A stretch of DNA of 60,393 bases, filler included, from 5 parts of 5 records of this genome joined end to end with filler, not necessarily neighbours in it, one strand, 5' to 3'; positions 1 through 11,059 are shown, counted from the first letter of the whole stretch. The notes: generated by a model from the sequence alone, not told the origin. Program-made: numbers and translations.

Positions 1-1
1 T

Positions 2-877
2 GCTATGGGTGCAGCAGATGTTGTACCTGGAGTTTCTGGTGGTACCATTGCTTTTATTTCTGGTATTTATGAAGAATTAGTAACTACCATTAGTGGTATT
101 AATTTAGGATTACTTAAAGAATGGCGAGAGTTTGGCTTCTCCTCTATGTGGAAAAAAGCAAACGGTAATTTTATAATTGCATTATTTTTAGGCATTGCCA
201 TTAGTGTATTTACAGTAATGCGTTTAGCAAATTATTTACTAGAAAATCACCCTATTTTAATTTGGTCATTTTTCTTTGGCTTAGTTATAGCAAGTATTTG
301 GTTTGTAGGTAAGCAAATACCTAAATGGAATGCAAAAATAATTACTGCATTAGTATTGGGAGCTGCTGTTGCTTTTTACATTACAACCTTACCTCCTATT
401 ACAGGAACACAATCACCTTTTTTCTTATTTATTGCTGGTGCTATAGCAGTATGCGCTATGATATTACCAGGAATCTCTGGAGCTTTTATATTAGTCCTTT
501 TAGGAGCCTACAAAACAATTAGTGAGGCTATACACGATTTCGATTTTAAGACTATAGGTATTGTTGCAGTTGGCGCAGTTGTAGGATTACTGTCTTTTTC
601 AAGAGTCTTAAAGTGGTTATTCTTAAAATACAAAGCTGTCACACTTGCTGTATTAACAGGTTTTATAACAGGTTCTTTAAATAAAATATGGCCTTGGAAA
701 GAAATTCTGGAAACAGTAACTGTTGGAGAAAAAGACATGGTTATTAGAGAGCAATCTGTCTTACCACAACATTTTGATGGCGACCCTCAACTTATATTTG
801 CCTTACTCTTAATGGTTGCAGGATTTTTATTAATTCTTATCTTAGAACGTGTAGCAACTCAACAAGCCAATGCATAA
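2..877 (+). CDS. DUF368 family membrane protein (undecaprenyl-phosphate translocase family), probably 5'-partial
   Basis: MGAADVVPGVSGGTIA and AMILPGISG repeated motifs, many TM segments, WPWK; frame is open to the window edge. Confidence 0.9.
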   Translation, partial: AMGAADVVPGVSGGTIAFISGIYEELVTTISGINLGLLKEWREFGFSSMWKKANGNFIIALFLGIAISVFTVMRLANYLLENHPILIWSFFFGLVIASIWFVGKQIPKWNAKIITALVLGAAVAFYITTLPPITGTQSPFFLFIAGAIAVCAMILPGISGAFILVLLGAYKTISEAIHDFDFKTIGIVAVGAVVGLLSFSRVLKWLFLKYKAVTLAVLTGFITGSLNKIWPWKEILETVTVGEKDMVIREQSVLPQHFDGDPQLIFALLLMVAGFLLILILERVATQQANA

Positions 878-1898
878 CAAACGTAGCTTTACGGATCAAT
901 TTTTCCTAGTCTTAAAAGGCTTAGGAATGGGTGCGGCAAATAAGGTTCCTGGCGTGTCTGGTGGTATTGTTGCCTTTGTAGTAGGCTTTTACGAAGAGTT
1001 TATATATACGCTTCAAAAGTTTGATAAAAATGCATTTAAGCTTTTTATAAACGGAAGGTTTAAAAGTTTTCATAGATACACCAACGGTAGTTTTATGATG
1101 CCTTTATTATTTGGTATCATCATAAGTTATTTCAGCATTTCTATCTTATTAGATTATTTAATTAAGCACTATGAGATATTAGTTTGGTCAGGTTTTTTTG
1201 GAATGATAATAGGCTCAATTTATTACATTGCTAAAGACTATGATGACTGGTCTAAGAAGAACTTAGGCTTTTTACTTTTAGGCATAATTACAGGTGTTGG
1301 TATTTCTTTTTTAAGTCCAGCAACAGAAAATGATAACCTTCTTTTTGTATTCTTCTGTGGAATTTTAGGGGTTTCTGGTATGACATTACCTGGTCTTTCT
1401 GGCTCTTTCATCTTAATTTTAATTGGCAACTATGTCTTATTGTTGGTAGACTCTGTAAATGCTATAAACTTAACTGTCGCAGATATTTTACAGCTCGATT
1501 TTTCTTTTGTAAATATGCCAGAACGCGTGCATCTCCTCAAGATTTTCTTTGTTTTCCTCGCAGGTTCTTTAGTAGGGTTAGTGAGTTGGGCGTATATATT
1601 AGGATTCGTTTTAAAAAGCTATAAAAATGAAACCTTTGCTGTAATTATTGGGTTTATAACTGGATCTTTAGGTGTAGTCTGGCCTTGGAAAGACAAGATT
1701 CTTAAGGTAGGTAAAGATGGACAACCACTTTACGATATAAATAACAATCCTATTATTGAAGGCTACCAAAGATATTGGCCAGATTTTAACGCAGGACATA
1801 CTTGGCTTGCTGTTTTATTTGTACTTATTGGCTTAGGTATTGTTCTCGCTTTAGATTGGTATGGAAAATTAAATGCTCCAACATATGAAGACTCGTAA
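870..1898 (+). CDS. Second DUF368 family membrane protein
   Basis: KGLGMGAANKVPGVSGG, MTLPGLSGS and WPWK motifs; overlaps the upstream paralog by 8 nt. Confidence 0.88.
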   Translation: MHNKRSFTDQFFLVLKGLGMGAANKVPGVSGGIVAFVVGFYEEFIYTLQKFDKNAFKLFINGRFKSFHRYTNGSFMMPLLFGIIISYFSISILLDYLIKHYEILVWSGFFGMIIGSIYYIAKDYDDWSKKNLGFLLLGIITGVGISFLSPATENDNLLFVFFCGILGVSGMTLPGLSGSFILILIGNYVLLLVDSVNAINLTVADILQLDFSFVNMPERVHLLKIFFVFLAGSLVGLVSWAYILGFVLKSYKNETFAVIIGFITGSLGVVWPWKDKILKVGKDGQPLYDINNNPIIEGYQRYWPDFNAGHTWLAVLFVLIGLGIVLALDWYGKLNAPTYEDS

Positions 1899-2619
1899 AT
1901 TCGGATTATTAGGAAAAGAAATAGACTACTCATTTTCAAGAGGCTATTTTTCTGAAAAATTTAAAGCTGAAGATTTAAATGCTACCTATGAAAATTTTGA
2001 CTTTCAAAACATAGAATTGGTAACAACTTTACTAAATCCTAGTGATCAAATTTCTGGTATAAATATCACAATTCCCTATAAAGAAAGTATAATACCTTAC
2101 TTAGATGAATTACAGGAAGATGCTGTAAACATTGGTGCTGTAAACACTGTTAAATTTGAAGACGGTAAAAGTATTGGCCATAACACAGACTTTTATGGTT
2201 TTACTAAAGCTTTAAAACCACACCTAAAAGCACACCATAAAAAGGCTTTAATACTAGGTACTGGCGGCGCATCAAAAGCTATTGCTTATAGTTTAAAAAA
2301 GTTAGGTATTACTTATGTTTTTGTGTCTAGAAATCCAGATTTTAATGAAATGAGCTATCATAATCTAGACGAAGATATTGTTAGAGATTATACATTAATT
2401 ATTAACTGCACACCGTTAGGAACGCATCCTAATATTCAACAAAAACCTCAGATACCTTATGAGGGTATTTCAGAGAAACATATAATGTTCGATCTTATTT
2501 ACAATCCTTCAGAAACAGCATTTCTTAAACAAGGAAAATCTAAAGGAGCAACTATAGTAAACGGACTTAAAATGCTAGAGTTCCAAGCAGAAAAATCTTG
2601 GGAAATTTGGAATAGCTAG
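1885..2619 (+). CDS. aroE: Shikimate dehydrogenase
   Basis: NITIPYK, GAVNT, NTD, LGTGGA, INCTPLG, DLIYNP, GLKMLEFQA motifs; ATG at 1885 preferred over 1873. Confidence 0.93.
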   Translation: MKTRKFGLLGKEIDYSFSRGYFSEKFKAEDLNATYENFDFQNIELVTTLLNPSDQISGINITIPYKESIIPYLDELQEDAVNIGAVNTVKFEDGKSIGHNTDFYGFTKALKPHLKAHHKKALILGTGGASKAIAYSLKKLGITYVFVSRNPDFNEMSYHNLDEDIVRDYTLIINCTPLGTHPNIQQKPQIPYEGISEKHIMFDLIYNPSETAFLKQGKSKGATIVNGLKMLEFQAEKSWEIWNS

Positions 2620-2733
2620 TGATTCCTGTTAGGAATTTGATTGTCCTCATAATTGTTACTATCTTTCAGACTTAAAGACGATTTTTAAAATCCTGAAACG
2701 AGTTCAGGATAACGACCCATAACATTGAAAGAT

Positions 2734-4935
2734 ATGTCTGACAAAGAACACACTCCAGAACACGAAGAGCAACAACAAAATGAGACTGCCTCAACTCCAA
2801 AAGAAGTTCCTACAGAACCTGCAGACCAACTTGTTGAAACGCCAGAAGACCAAAGTGATTTAGAAAAAAGCATAGTAGCAGAGCGCGAAGATAAGTCTGA
2901 AAAGAAAGATACTTCAGTAATCTCTGAGTCTGATGATGAAGATGAAACACCTCAACAAAACCCAACTACTGCCAAAGGCACAAACAAAGCGGTTAGTGTA
3001 GAGGAAGCAAATGATACTGCACACGAAGATGCAATGGTTGAAGAGTCTGAGAAACCTTCAGAATCTAGCTCAACATCTAAAAATTCTGAGGATGACACAG
3101 ATCATGAAGACGCAATGGTTGCCGAAGCTAGTTCTAAAACTCCAAGAGATGCTCAAGAAGAAGTAGATAATGCTGTTGCAGAAGATAGTGAAGATGAAAG
3201 CACTGGAGAACGTCATAATATTGAAAAGAAGAATTACGAAGAACTTTCTCAAGAAGATCTAGTTAAAGAGTTAGAAACACTCCTTAAAAACGAGAAAGTA
3301 CAAGCAATAAAAGAGCACGTAGACGAGATTAGAACTGAGTTTAACAACAAGTTTGATGAAGAGTCTGAGCAGAAAAAGGAAGAGTTCTTAGAAGAAGGCG
3401 GCAACATTATAGACTTTCATTATGTAACGCCAATTAAAAAGAAATTTGATTCGGTTTATTTTGATTATCGTGAAAAGCGAAACAATCATTACAAACAACT
3501 TAAGCGTGATCTTACAGAAAACCTTAAGAAACGTGAGGCTATTATTGAAGAACTAAAGAATATGATTGGTGTTGGAAACGACATGCACTCAAACTTTAAT
3601 GACTTTAAAAAATTACAAGAACGTTGGAGACAAGCTGGTCCTATACCTAGAGACAAGTACAACTTAGTTTGGAACAACTATCACCACCACGTAGAAAACT
3701 TTTACGATTTCCTTCATTTAGATCGTGAATTTAGAGACCTAGATTTTAAACACAATTTAGAGCAAAAGCTAAAAGTTATTTCTCGTGCAGAAGAGCTTGC
3801 AAAAGAAACAAATGTAAACAGAGCATTTAGAGAATTGCAAATGCTTCATAAAATGTGGAAAGAAGACATTGGTCCTGTTGCCAAAGAACATAGAGATGTA
3901 ATTTGGGATAAGTTTAGTGCCTTAACTAAAACCATACATGATAACAGGCAAGCTCACTATTCTGAACTAGAAAAGGATTTTGAAAAAAACCTGGAGAAGA
4001 AAAATGAAATTATTTCTCAAATTGCAGAAATTGCAAATGATGAGGTAAAATCTCACGGTTCTGTTCAGAAAAAAATTAAAAAAGTAGAAGCTTTAAGAGA
4101 AGCCTTCTTTAAAGCAGGTAAAGTTCCTAGAGAGAAAAATCAAGATACTTGGGATAGGTTTAAGAAAACTGTAAGACAATTTAACCGTAACAAAAACGCG
4201 TTTTACAAAAACCAAAAACAAGAGCAATATGATAATCTTGAAAAGAAAAAAGAGCTTATAAAAATTGCTGAAGACAATAAGGATAGTGACGACTTTAAAA
4301 CCGTTACACCTTTAATGAAGAAAATACAGAACGATTGGAAAAAAATAGGTCACGTTCCTAGAAAAGATTCTGATAAGATCTGGAAGCAGTTTAAGACCGC
4401 TTGCAACCACTACTTTGATAATATGCATAAAGAAAGAAAAGCTGAAAATGCTGAGCTTTTTGAAGCATTTGATAAGAAGAAGGAAATGCTAGATCAAGTT
4501 AAAGAACTTAAACTAGAAGGCAGTCCAGAGGAAAAGCTAAAAATCATTAAAGATCAAATAGAGGCTTGGAAAGCTTTAGGCCAAGTACCTCATAATAAAC
4601 GCTTTATTGAAGGTAAGTTTAATAAAGCTCTAGATGATTTATTTGGTGATTTAGATATAAGCCGCAAGAAACAAGAAATGCTTAAATACGAAAGTAGATT
4701 ACAAGCATTAGAAGACGCCAATGATGATCGTAGTATTGAAAAAGAATCTTACTTTATAAGAAAGAAAGTAGATGAAACTACTGCAGAAATTGCTCAACTT
4801 GAAAACAACTTAGGCTTTTTCCAACACGTGCCAGATGACAATCCTATGGTTCAAGATGTCCATAAAAACATTAATAAGCACAAGGAAGAACTTGAAATGT
4901 GGAAAGCTAAACTTAAAAAGCTAAGACAGCTTTAA
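2734..4935 (+). CDS. DUF349 domain protein with acidic disordered N-terminus
   Basis: Repeated 'LQxxWK.IG.VPR....IW..F' helical units typical of Bacteroidota DUF349. Confidence 0.85.
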   Translation: MSDKEHTPEHEEQQQNETASTPKEVPTEPADQLVETPEDQSDLEKSIVAEREDKSEKKDTSVISESDDEDETPQQNPTTAKGTNKAVSVEEANDTAHEDAMVEESEKPSESSSTSKNSEDDTDHEDAMVAEASSKTPRDAQEEVDNAVAEDSEDESTGERHNIEKKNYEELSQEDLVKELETLLKNEKVQAIKEHVDEIRTEFNNKFDEESEQKKEEFLEEGGNIIDFHYVTPIKKKFDSVYFDYREKRNNHYKQLKRDLTENLKKREAIIEELKNMIGVGNDMHSNFNDFKKLQERWRQAGPIPRDKYNLVWNNYHHHVENFYDFLHLDREFRDLDFKHNLEQKLKVISRAEELAKETNVNRAFRELQMLHKMWKEDIGPVAKEHRDVIWDKFSALTKTIHDNRQAHYSELEKDFEKNLEKKNEIISQIAEIANDEVKSHGSVQKKIKKVEALREAFFKAGKVPREKNQDTWDRFKKTVRQFNRNKNAFYKNQKQEQYDNLEKKKELIKIAEDNKDSDDFKTVTPLMKKIQNDWKKIGHVPRKDSDKIWKQFKTACNHYFDNMHKERKAENAELFEAFDKKKEMLDQVKELKLEGSPEEKLKIIKDQIEAWKALGQVPHNKRFIEGKFNKALDDLFGDLDISRKKQEMLKYESRLQALEDANDDRSIEKESYFIRKKVDETTAEIAQLENNLGFFQHVPDDNPMVQDVHKNINKHKEELEMWKAKLKKLRQL

Positions 4936-4950
4936 AAGTTAATTTTCATT

Positions 4951-5595
4951 ATGATAACGACAAAACACCTTACCTGTCCACTTTGTGATGGTAAGGTGTT
5001 TTTATATTCTGAAGCTTTAAATAGGCGCTATTATAAATGCTCTAATTGTGATGGAGTGCATCTTTCAAAGGAGTTTCAGCTTACACCAAAAGAAGAAAAA
5101 CAACGTTATTTAGAGCACGATAATGATGTGAATGATAAAGGCTATCAGAACTTTGTACAACCAATAGTAAATGCTGTAATAAAAGATTTTAAACCAAAAC
5201 ATAATGGTTTAGACTTTGGTTGTGGCACAGGACCTGTTATTGCTAAGCTACTTAAGGAAAAAGGTTACAGTATTGAATTATATGATCCTTATTTTAAAAT
5301 CTTAAACAAAGCTTTAGAATATACTTATGCTTATATTTTTTGTTGTGAAGTTATAGAGCACTTTAACTCTCCCAAAAATGAGTTTACCTTATTACGTAAT
5401 CTTCTAAAGGAAGATGCAAAGCTTTATTGTAAAACAGGACTCTTAAAAGACAGTATAAATTTTGAGAATTGGTGGTATAAGAATGACAAAACACATGTCT
5501 TTTTTTACACACCTACTACGCTAAAATGGATAGCATCACATTATAATTTTAAAAGTGTAGATATCACTTCTAAACTCATCACGTTTACAACATGA
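4951..5595 (+). CDS. Class I SAM-dependent methyltransferase with N-terminal Zn ribbon
   Basis: CPLC...CSNC, GLDFGCGTG, CEVIEHF, DKTHVFFY. Confidence 0.85.
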   Translation: MITTKHLTCPLCDGKVFLYSEALNRRYYKCSNCDGVHLSKEFQLTPKEEKQRYLEHDNDVNDKGYQNFVQPIVNAVIKDFKPKHNGLDFGCGTGPVIAKLLKEKGYSIELYDPYFKILNKALEYTYAYIFCCEVIEHFNSPKNEFTLLRNLLKEDAKLYCKTGLLKDSINFENWWYKNDKTHVFFYTPTTLKWIASHYNFKSVDITSKLITFTT

Positions 5596-5597
5596 AA

Positions 5598-5756
5598 TTA
5601 CTTTTTATTTTTCTTTAAAGAAGTTTTTAAAGTTTCGTCTTCACGCTCTTTCTGTTCTTTCTTAGCTTTTTGTGACTCTGTAAACCTAATACCATCTTTA
5701 CCATGCATATCTGCAGGTTCTTTGTCCACTAAATTTTTTCTTTTTAAATCGCTCAT
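5598..5756 (-). CDS. Small charged hypothetical protein, 52 aa (MSDLKRKNLVDKEPADMHGKDGIRFTESQKAKKEQKEREDETLKTSLKKNKK)
   Basis: Translated by hand; ATG to TAA ORF fills the gap between convergent genes; TATCTTTA -7-like box upstream; below the ORF-track length cut-off. Confidence 0.6.
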   Translation of the reverse strand: MSDLKRKNLVDKEPADMHGKDGIRFTESQKAKKEQKEREDETLKTSLKKNKK

Positions 5757-5820
5757 CTTAGTAATGTTTCCTTAAAGATAATAAGTAACAAAACGAACAG
5801 TAGTTAATGCAGCGTTAATG

Positions 5821-6594
5821 TTAAAGCATCTTAGCCTCGTTCCAATACACATCCATTTCAGTCAAGGTCATATCTGCAAGTGCTTTCCCTTGCTGCTTGG
5901 CTTTTTGTTCTAGGTATTGAAAACGTTTAATAAATTTCTTATTAGTACGCTCTAATGCGTTTTCTGGGTTTACTTTTAAAAATCTGGCGTAGTTAATCAT
6001 TGAGAATAAAACATCGCCAAATTCAGCTTCTATAAGATCTTGATTGTCTTCGGTTACTTCGTGTTGCAGTTCTTCAAGCTCTTCTTTAAGTTTTTCAAAC
6101 ACTTGTTGTGGTTCTTCCCAGTCAAACCCTACACCTGAAACCTTATCTTGAATTCGACTTGCTTTAACTAAAGCTGGCAAAGATTTAGGCACACCTTCTA
6201 ACACACTTGATTTACCTTCTTTAAGCTTTAAATTTTCCCAGTTTCGCTTAACATCTTCTTCGTTCTCTACCTTAACATCTCCATAAATATGCGGATGCCT
6301 ATCTATTAATTTATCACAAATTGAGTTGGCTACATCTGCAATATCAAAATCTTTAGTTTCACTGCCTATTTTAGAATAGAATACAATGTGTAAAAGCACA
6401 TCTCCTAACTCTTTCTTTACCTCGTCTAAATCGTTATCTAAAATAACATCGCCAAGCTCGTAAGTCTCCTCTATAGTAAGATGTCTTAAGCTTTGCATAG
6501 TCTGTTTCTTATCCCAAGGACATTGCTCTCGCAATTCATCCATTATGGTTAATAACCGATCTAATGCTTTTAATTGATCTTTTCGACTGTTCAT
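5821..6594 (-). CDS. mazG: Nucleoside triphosphate pyrophosphohydrolase MazG
   Basis: LREQCPWDKKQT, EETYE, ELGDVLLH, RHPHIYG, second domain EFGDVLF. Confidence 0.95.
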   Translation of the reverse strand: MNSRKDQLKALDRLLTIMDELREQCPWDKKQTMQSLRHLTIEETYELGDVILDNDLDEVKKELGDVLLHIVFYSKIGSETKDFDIADVANSICDKLIDRHPHIYGDVKVENEEDVKRNWENLKLKEGKSSVLEGVPKSLPALVKASRIQDKVSGVGFDWEEPQQVFEKLKEELEELQHEVTEDNQDLIEAEFGDVLFSMINYARFLKVNPENALERTNKKFIKRFQYLEQKAKQQGKALADMTLTEMDVYWNEAKML

Positions 6595-6632
6595 AAACTG
6601 GTTTTAAAAGATCTTTAAGAGGTTAGGCGTAT

Positions 6633-8201
6633 TTATTTAGCAATATTTACTGCGCGTGTTTCACGTATAACAGTTACTTTAACTTGTCCTGGATACGTCA
6701 TATCTGTTTGTATTTTCTGAGAAATTTCAAAAGATAAGTTTGAAGCTTTATCATCATTTACTTTTTCGCTTTCTACAATAACACGAAGCTCGCGTCCAGC
6801 TTGTATAGCATAAGCTTTCTTTACACCTGTAAATCCAAATGCTATATCTTCTAAATCTTTAAGACGTTGTATGTAAGAATCTAAAACCTGTCTTCTCGCG
6901 CCTGGTCTTGCACCACTAATAGCATCACACACTTGAATTATTGGAGATAATAGAGATTTCATTTCTATTTCATCATGGTGAGCTCCAATAGCGTTACACA
7001 CATCATCTTTCTCTCCATACTTCTGAGCCATTTCCATACCTAAAATAGCGTGTGGTGTTTCCATTTCTGTTTCTGGAACCTTACCTATATCGTGTAATAA
7101 TCCTGCACGTTTAGCAAGTTTTGCGTTAACCCCAAGCTCTGCAGCCATAACACCACAAAGTTTTGCAACCTCTCTTGAGTGTTGTAATAAGTTTTGACCG
7201 TAAGACGAACGGTATTTCATACGTCCTACCATTTTAATAAGTTCTGGATGTAGACCGTGAATACCTAAATCGATTACTGTGCGTTTACCTACTTCGATAA
7301 TCTCTTCATCAATTGCTTTACGTGTTTTCTTAACAACCTCTTCAATTCGTGCTGGGTGAATTCTTCCATCTGTCACCAATTTATGAAGTGATAATCTAGC
7401 TACTTCTCTTCGCACAGAATCAAAACAAGAAAGTATTATAGCTTCTGGAGTGTCATCTACAATAATTTCTACTCCTGTTGCAGCTTCAATAGCACGAATA
7501 TTACGTCCTTCACGACCAATAATACGTCCTTTTACATCGTCACTCTCTAAGTTAAATACAGACACGCAATTATCTATTGCTTCTTCTGTACCTATACGTT
7601 GTATTGTGTTTATTACAATTTTCTTAGCTTCTTGTTGGGCAGTCATCTTGGCATCTTCAATAGTATTTTGGATCATAGCCATTGCATCTGTCTTGGCTGT
7701 TTCCTTTAAAGATTCCATAAGTTGGTCCTTAGCATCATCTGCAGAAAGGCCACTTATTACTTCTAACTGTTGTACTTTTTGAGTGTGTACTTTATCTATT
7801 TCTGTCTGCTTCTTTTCTAGGTAGTCTATACGATGGTTGTAGTCTTTTAGCTTATCATCTAATTCTGAATTTAGTTTTTTATTTCTACCTAATTCACTAG
7901 AAATTTTAGACTCTTTATCTCTGGTGCGTTTCTCGGCATCAGACATTTTTTTCTCTCTACTGTTTATTACTTTTTCGTGCTCAGATTTTAGCTCGATAAA
8001 CTTTTCTTTTGCTTGAAGTATTTTATCTTTCTTTATGCTTTCGCCTTCTGTTTTAGCATCTTTTATGATTGTAGCTGCAGATTTTTCTGCATCTGAAATG
8101 ATCTTAGATGATGCAGATCTTTCTATCATTTTAGCAATGATATACCCAATTGCAACGCCTATAACGCCAATAATGGTAAAGTAAAGTATTGTAGTGCTCA
8201 T
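6633..8201 (-). CDS. rny: Ribonuclease Y
   Basis: N-terminal TM, coiled coil, KH ([13 protein letters not shown]), HD domain (LLHDIGK), [10 protein letters not shown]. Confidence 0.96.
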   Translation of the reverse strand: MSTTILYFTIIGVIGVAIGYIIAKMIERSASSKIISDAEKSAATIIKDAKTEGESIKKDKILQAKEKFIELKSEHEKVINSREKKMSDAEKRTRDKESKISSELGRNKKLNSELDDKLKDYNHRIDYLEKKQTEIDKVHTQKVQQLEVISGLSADDAKDQLMESLKETAKTDAMAMIQNTIEDAKMTAQQEAKKIVINTIQRIGTEEAIDNCVSVFNLESDDVKGRIIGREGRNIRAIEAATGVEIIVDDTPEAIILSCFDSVRREVARLSLHKLVTDGRIHPARIEEVVKKTRKAIDEEIIEVGKRTVIDLGIHGLHPELIKMVGRMKYRSSYGQNLLQHSREVAKLCGVMAAELGVNAKLAKRAGLLHDIGKVPETEMETPHAILGMEMAQKYGEKDDVCNAIGAHHDEIEMKSLLSPIIQVCDAISGARPGARRQVLDSYIQRLKDLEDIAFGFTGVKKAYAIQAGRELRVIVESEKVNDDKASNLSFEISQKIQTDMTYPGQVKVTVIRETRAVNIAK

Positions 8202-8263
8202 ATATGTATGTTTAAATAAAAACCCGTTTATGAAAAATCATTTCAGTTTACGGTATAAAAAAA

Positions 8264-8428
8264 GCCTGTATTAGCATTGGTTTTGTATAAACTTCATAAA
8301 TAATAAAGTTTAGGGCTACATAACTGATCAAACTTCCGTTCTAAGACGGCTTGTTTTTACAATTAAAACTTACCCTTTTCAAATAATTGATTGTTAAGTT
8401 TATCAAAAAGGTTGCTAACACAGGCAGT
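8264..8428 (-). ncRNA. ssrS: 6S RNA (Flavobacteria type)
   Basis: Lies between zapA and rny; terminal complementarity GCCTGTGTTAGCA...TGCTAATACAGGC closes a ~165-nt rod, followed by a T run; canonical zapA-ssrS synteny. Confidence 0.8.
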
Positions 8429-8457
8429 AATGCTTGTTTATTTTAAAGAACGTAATG

Positions 8458-8748
8458 TTAGGTTAATTGTTGTTCCAGAAAGAGGTTCAAGTTTTTCAAT
8501 TTGTCTTCTATTTCTGCAACCTCACCTTGGTCGTCTATGGTCATCTGTACAGTCTTAGATGCAAACTGCAACGCACACATTGCTAATACATCTTGCTTAT
8601 CTCTTACTGCATAATTTTGCTCAAACTGCTTAATCATTTGCTCTATACTCTTCGTGGCTTTTCTTAACGCCTCTTCCTGCTTAGGGTTTATCGACATTGG
8701 ATAAACTCTATCTGCTATAGATAATTTTATTTTCAGTTTGTCGGCCAT
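8458..8748 (-). CDS. zapA: Cell division protein ZapA
   Basis: IKLSIADRVYP...EEALRKA...YAVRDKQDVLAMCALQ. Confidence 0.9.
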   Translation of the reverse strand: MADKLKIKLSIADRVYPMSINPKQEEALRKATKSIEQMIKQFEQNYAVRDKQDVLAMCALQFASKTVQMTIDDQGEVAEIEDKLKNLNLFLEQQLT

Positions 8749-8758
8749 AGCCTTTTAT

Positions 8759-9049
8759 TTATTCAGAAAGCTGAACGATACATTGATCTATTTCCCGCAT
8801 TAGGCTGTTAATCTTAAGCTTCGTTTCTTTCTTGTACTCATTACTGCCCAGCATAGCATTAGCGGTTTTTAACGTCTGGTTTTTTGCCTCTAAAGCTTCT
8901 ATGTGCTTCTGCAAATTATTTACTTCTGCTCCTGAAAGCTCTAAATCACGTTCCAGTTTCGCAATTTTATAAGTGCTTTGGTTTTGTTTTTCTACCAACT
9001 TGCCAATCTTATCTTCCAAAGCTTCAACAAGTTTCACCAAATTACTCAT
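8759..9049 (-). CDS. Coiled-coil protein, ZapB-like
   Basis: 96 aa coiled coil ending KINSLMREIDQCIVQL, directly upstream of zapA. Confidence 0.7.
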   Translation of the reverse strand: MSNLVKLVEALEDKIGKLVEKQNQSTYKIAKLERDLELSGAEVNNLQKHIEALEAKNQTLKTANAMLGSNEYKKETKLKINSLMREIDQCIVQLSE

Positions 9050-9076
9050 ACACGCCTTTACTTATGCTTATCCTTA

Positions 9077-9084
9077 CAAATTTA
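9077..9084 (-). promoter_or_regulatory. Bacteroidota -7 promoter box (TAAATTTG) for the zapB-zapA-ssrS-rny unit
   Basis: Matches TAnnTTTG, 27 nt upstream of the ATG. Confidence 0.55.
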
Positions 9085-9352
9085 TGTAACTGGATTGAAT
9101 AAGCCAATGGTTTCATAGACTTATTTACAACTTAAATTTTTACAATTATTAAAAGTTAATATTTTAAAGTTTGCTTTTTCACCTCTCGAGGAATACGGGT
9201 AAATTTTACTTTCCAATTTTAAATAAAGCGCATTTAATAGTATTAAAATTGTTTTACTTATTTCAACATAAAAAACAGTACTTAAATCTAAAAATTTACA
9301 CAATTAGCCAAGGTTTACTACGTTTGTCTTATATTTAGCTGAACAGATTTTT

Positions 9353-11059
9353 ATGATGACAAAACAATTTTTCCTAAGTCTATTCATTTGTTATTTTATC
9401 ACAAATGGCATAGCTGCACAACCTGAAGTTCCAACAGAGTATTTTTCTAATCCCTTAAATATTGATTTAAAATTATCTGGGACCTTTGGAGAATTAAGAT
9501 CTAATCATTTTCATAGTGGTATGGATATTAAAACACTTCAAAAAGAAGGTTATGATGTATTAGCTTCAGCTGAAGGTTACGTTTCTAGAATTAAAATTTC
9601 ACATTACGGCTACGGAAAAGCGCTTTACATCACACACCCTAACGGCTACTCTACCGTTTATGCTCATTTACAAAGGTTTTCACCAAAAATTGAAGCCTAT
9701 ATAAAAAAGAGGCAGTATGAGAAGCAAAGTTATGAGATAGAAGTTTTCCCTACATCTACAGATCTTAATGTTCAACAAGGAGAACTCATAGCTTTCTCTG
9801 GAAATTCTGGAAGTAGTGGTGGTCCTCATTTGCATTTTGAAATAAGAGATGGCAATAGCAGACCAATGAATCCTATGCTGTTTAATATCGACATTAAAGA
9901 CACGACGGCTCCAATTATAAATAGTTTATGGGTATATCCTCAAGATGATAATAGTCATGTAAATGGAGATGCCAACAAACAAAAATTAAGACTTATTCCT
10001 CAACAAGATGGCAGTTATACTGCAGAAAAAATTAAGGCTTGCGGTAATTTAGGGTTTGGTATTTCTACTGTAGACAGACAAGATTATGCTCCAAATAAAA
10101 ATGGTATTTATAAAATTGACACTCAAATAAACGGCAACCCAAACTTCTCTATACAAATGGATAGGTTTAGCTTCTCAGAAACACGCTATCTAAACAGAAT
10201 GATAGATTATGAATATTTCAAAGATTACAAGAGCAGAGTACAAATGCTTTTTGTTCAAGAAAACAATCCTCTTAGTGTTTATAAAAATTTAGAAAACAAC
10301 GGGTATTTATCTATTACAGATGAGCATTCTTTTACTTATACAATTATTGTAAGTGATTTTTCAGGAAATGAAAGGATTGTTAGAATCCCTATAGAAGGCG
10401 AAACTTACGCAAGCATTAAACCAAAAGACATTAAAACTACTCCATATTTTGTAGATGCAGATGAAGCAACAGCTTTCGAGGAAAAAGGAATTGATGTTTA
10501 TATACCATCTAACGCTCTTTATGAAGACACCTATTTAAATATAAAATTTGTTGGTGACAGTATTCACTTTCACGAAGACAACACTCCTATTCATAAAAAT
10601 ATCACCATAGGTTTTGATGTAGAAAAATACAGTCCAGAAGATCGTAAGAAATTATACATAGCAAGATTATATGGTTATTATAAAAACCCATCATATGTAT
10701 CAACATACAAGAAAGGAGCTAGGTTTACTACAAAAACTAGAACATTTGGAATATACACACTTGTTGAAGATACTATTGCCCCAGAAATTAAGGCTTTAAA
10801 TTTCTCCAATAAAAAATGGATTAGCAACAACACAACCTTAAGGCTAAAAATTGAAGATAAAGGTTCCGGTATAAAAAATTATCACGCTACAGTTAACGGG
10901 AAATACATTCTTACCGAATACAATTACAAAAAAGGCACATTAACTCATAGTTTTGAAGATGGAGTTGTCACCGAAACTGAAAACAAATTACAAGTGATAG
11001 TCACAGATAATGTTGGAAATAGTACTACTTTTGAAAGTACCTTCTTTAGAAAAAACTAA
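9353..11059 (+). CDS. M23 family metallopeptidase, secreted
   Basis: Signal peptide, HFHSGMD, YAHL, GPHLHFEIR. Confidence 0.9.
   Translation: MMTKQFFLSLFICYFITNGIAAQPEVPTEYFSNPLNIDLKLSGTFGELRSNHFHSGMDIKTLQKEGYDVLASAEGYVSRIKISHYGYGKALYITHPNGYSTVYAHLQRFSPKIEAYIKKRQYEKQSYEIEVFPTSTDLNVQQGELIAFSGNSGSSGGPHLHFEIRDGNSRPMNPMLFNIDIKDTTAPIINSLWVYPQDDNSHVNGDANKQKLRLIPQQDGSYTAEKIKACGNLGFGISTVDRQDYAPNKNGIYKIDTQINGNPNFSIQMDRFSFSETRYLNRMIDYEYFKDYKSRVQMLFVQENNPLSVYKNLENNGYLSITDEHSFTYTIIVSDFSGNERIVRIPIEGETYASIKPKDIKTTPYFVDADEATAFEEKGIDVYIPSNALYEDTYLNIKFVGDSIHFHEDNTPIHKNITIGFDVEKYSPEDRKKLYIARLYGYYKNPSYVSTYKKGARFTTKTRTFGIYTLVEDTIAPEIKALNFSNKKWISNNTTLRLKIEDKGSGIKNYHATVNGKYILTEYNYKKGTLTHSFEDGVVTETENKLQVIVTDNVGNSTTFESTFFRKN

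Noticed and set aside
3013-3126. Short internal duplication (HEDAMV twice) in DUF349
   Set aside because: Minor repeat in a disordered acidic linker; no further structure
6633-9049. zapB-zapA-6S-rny cluster as a novel system
   Set aside because: Well-known conserved arrangement
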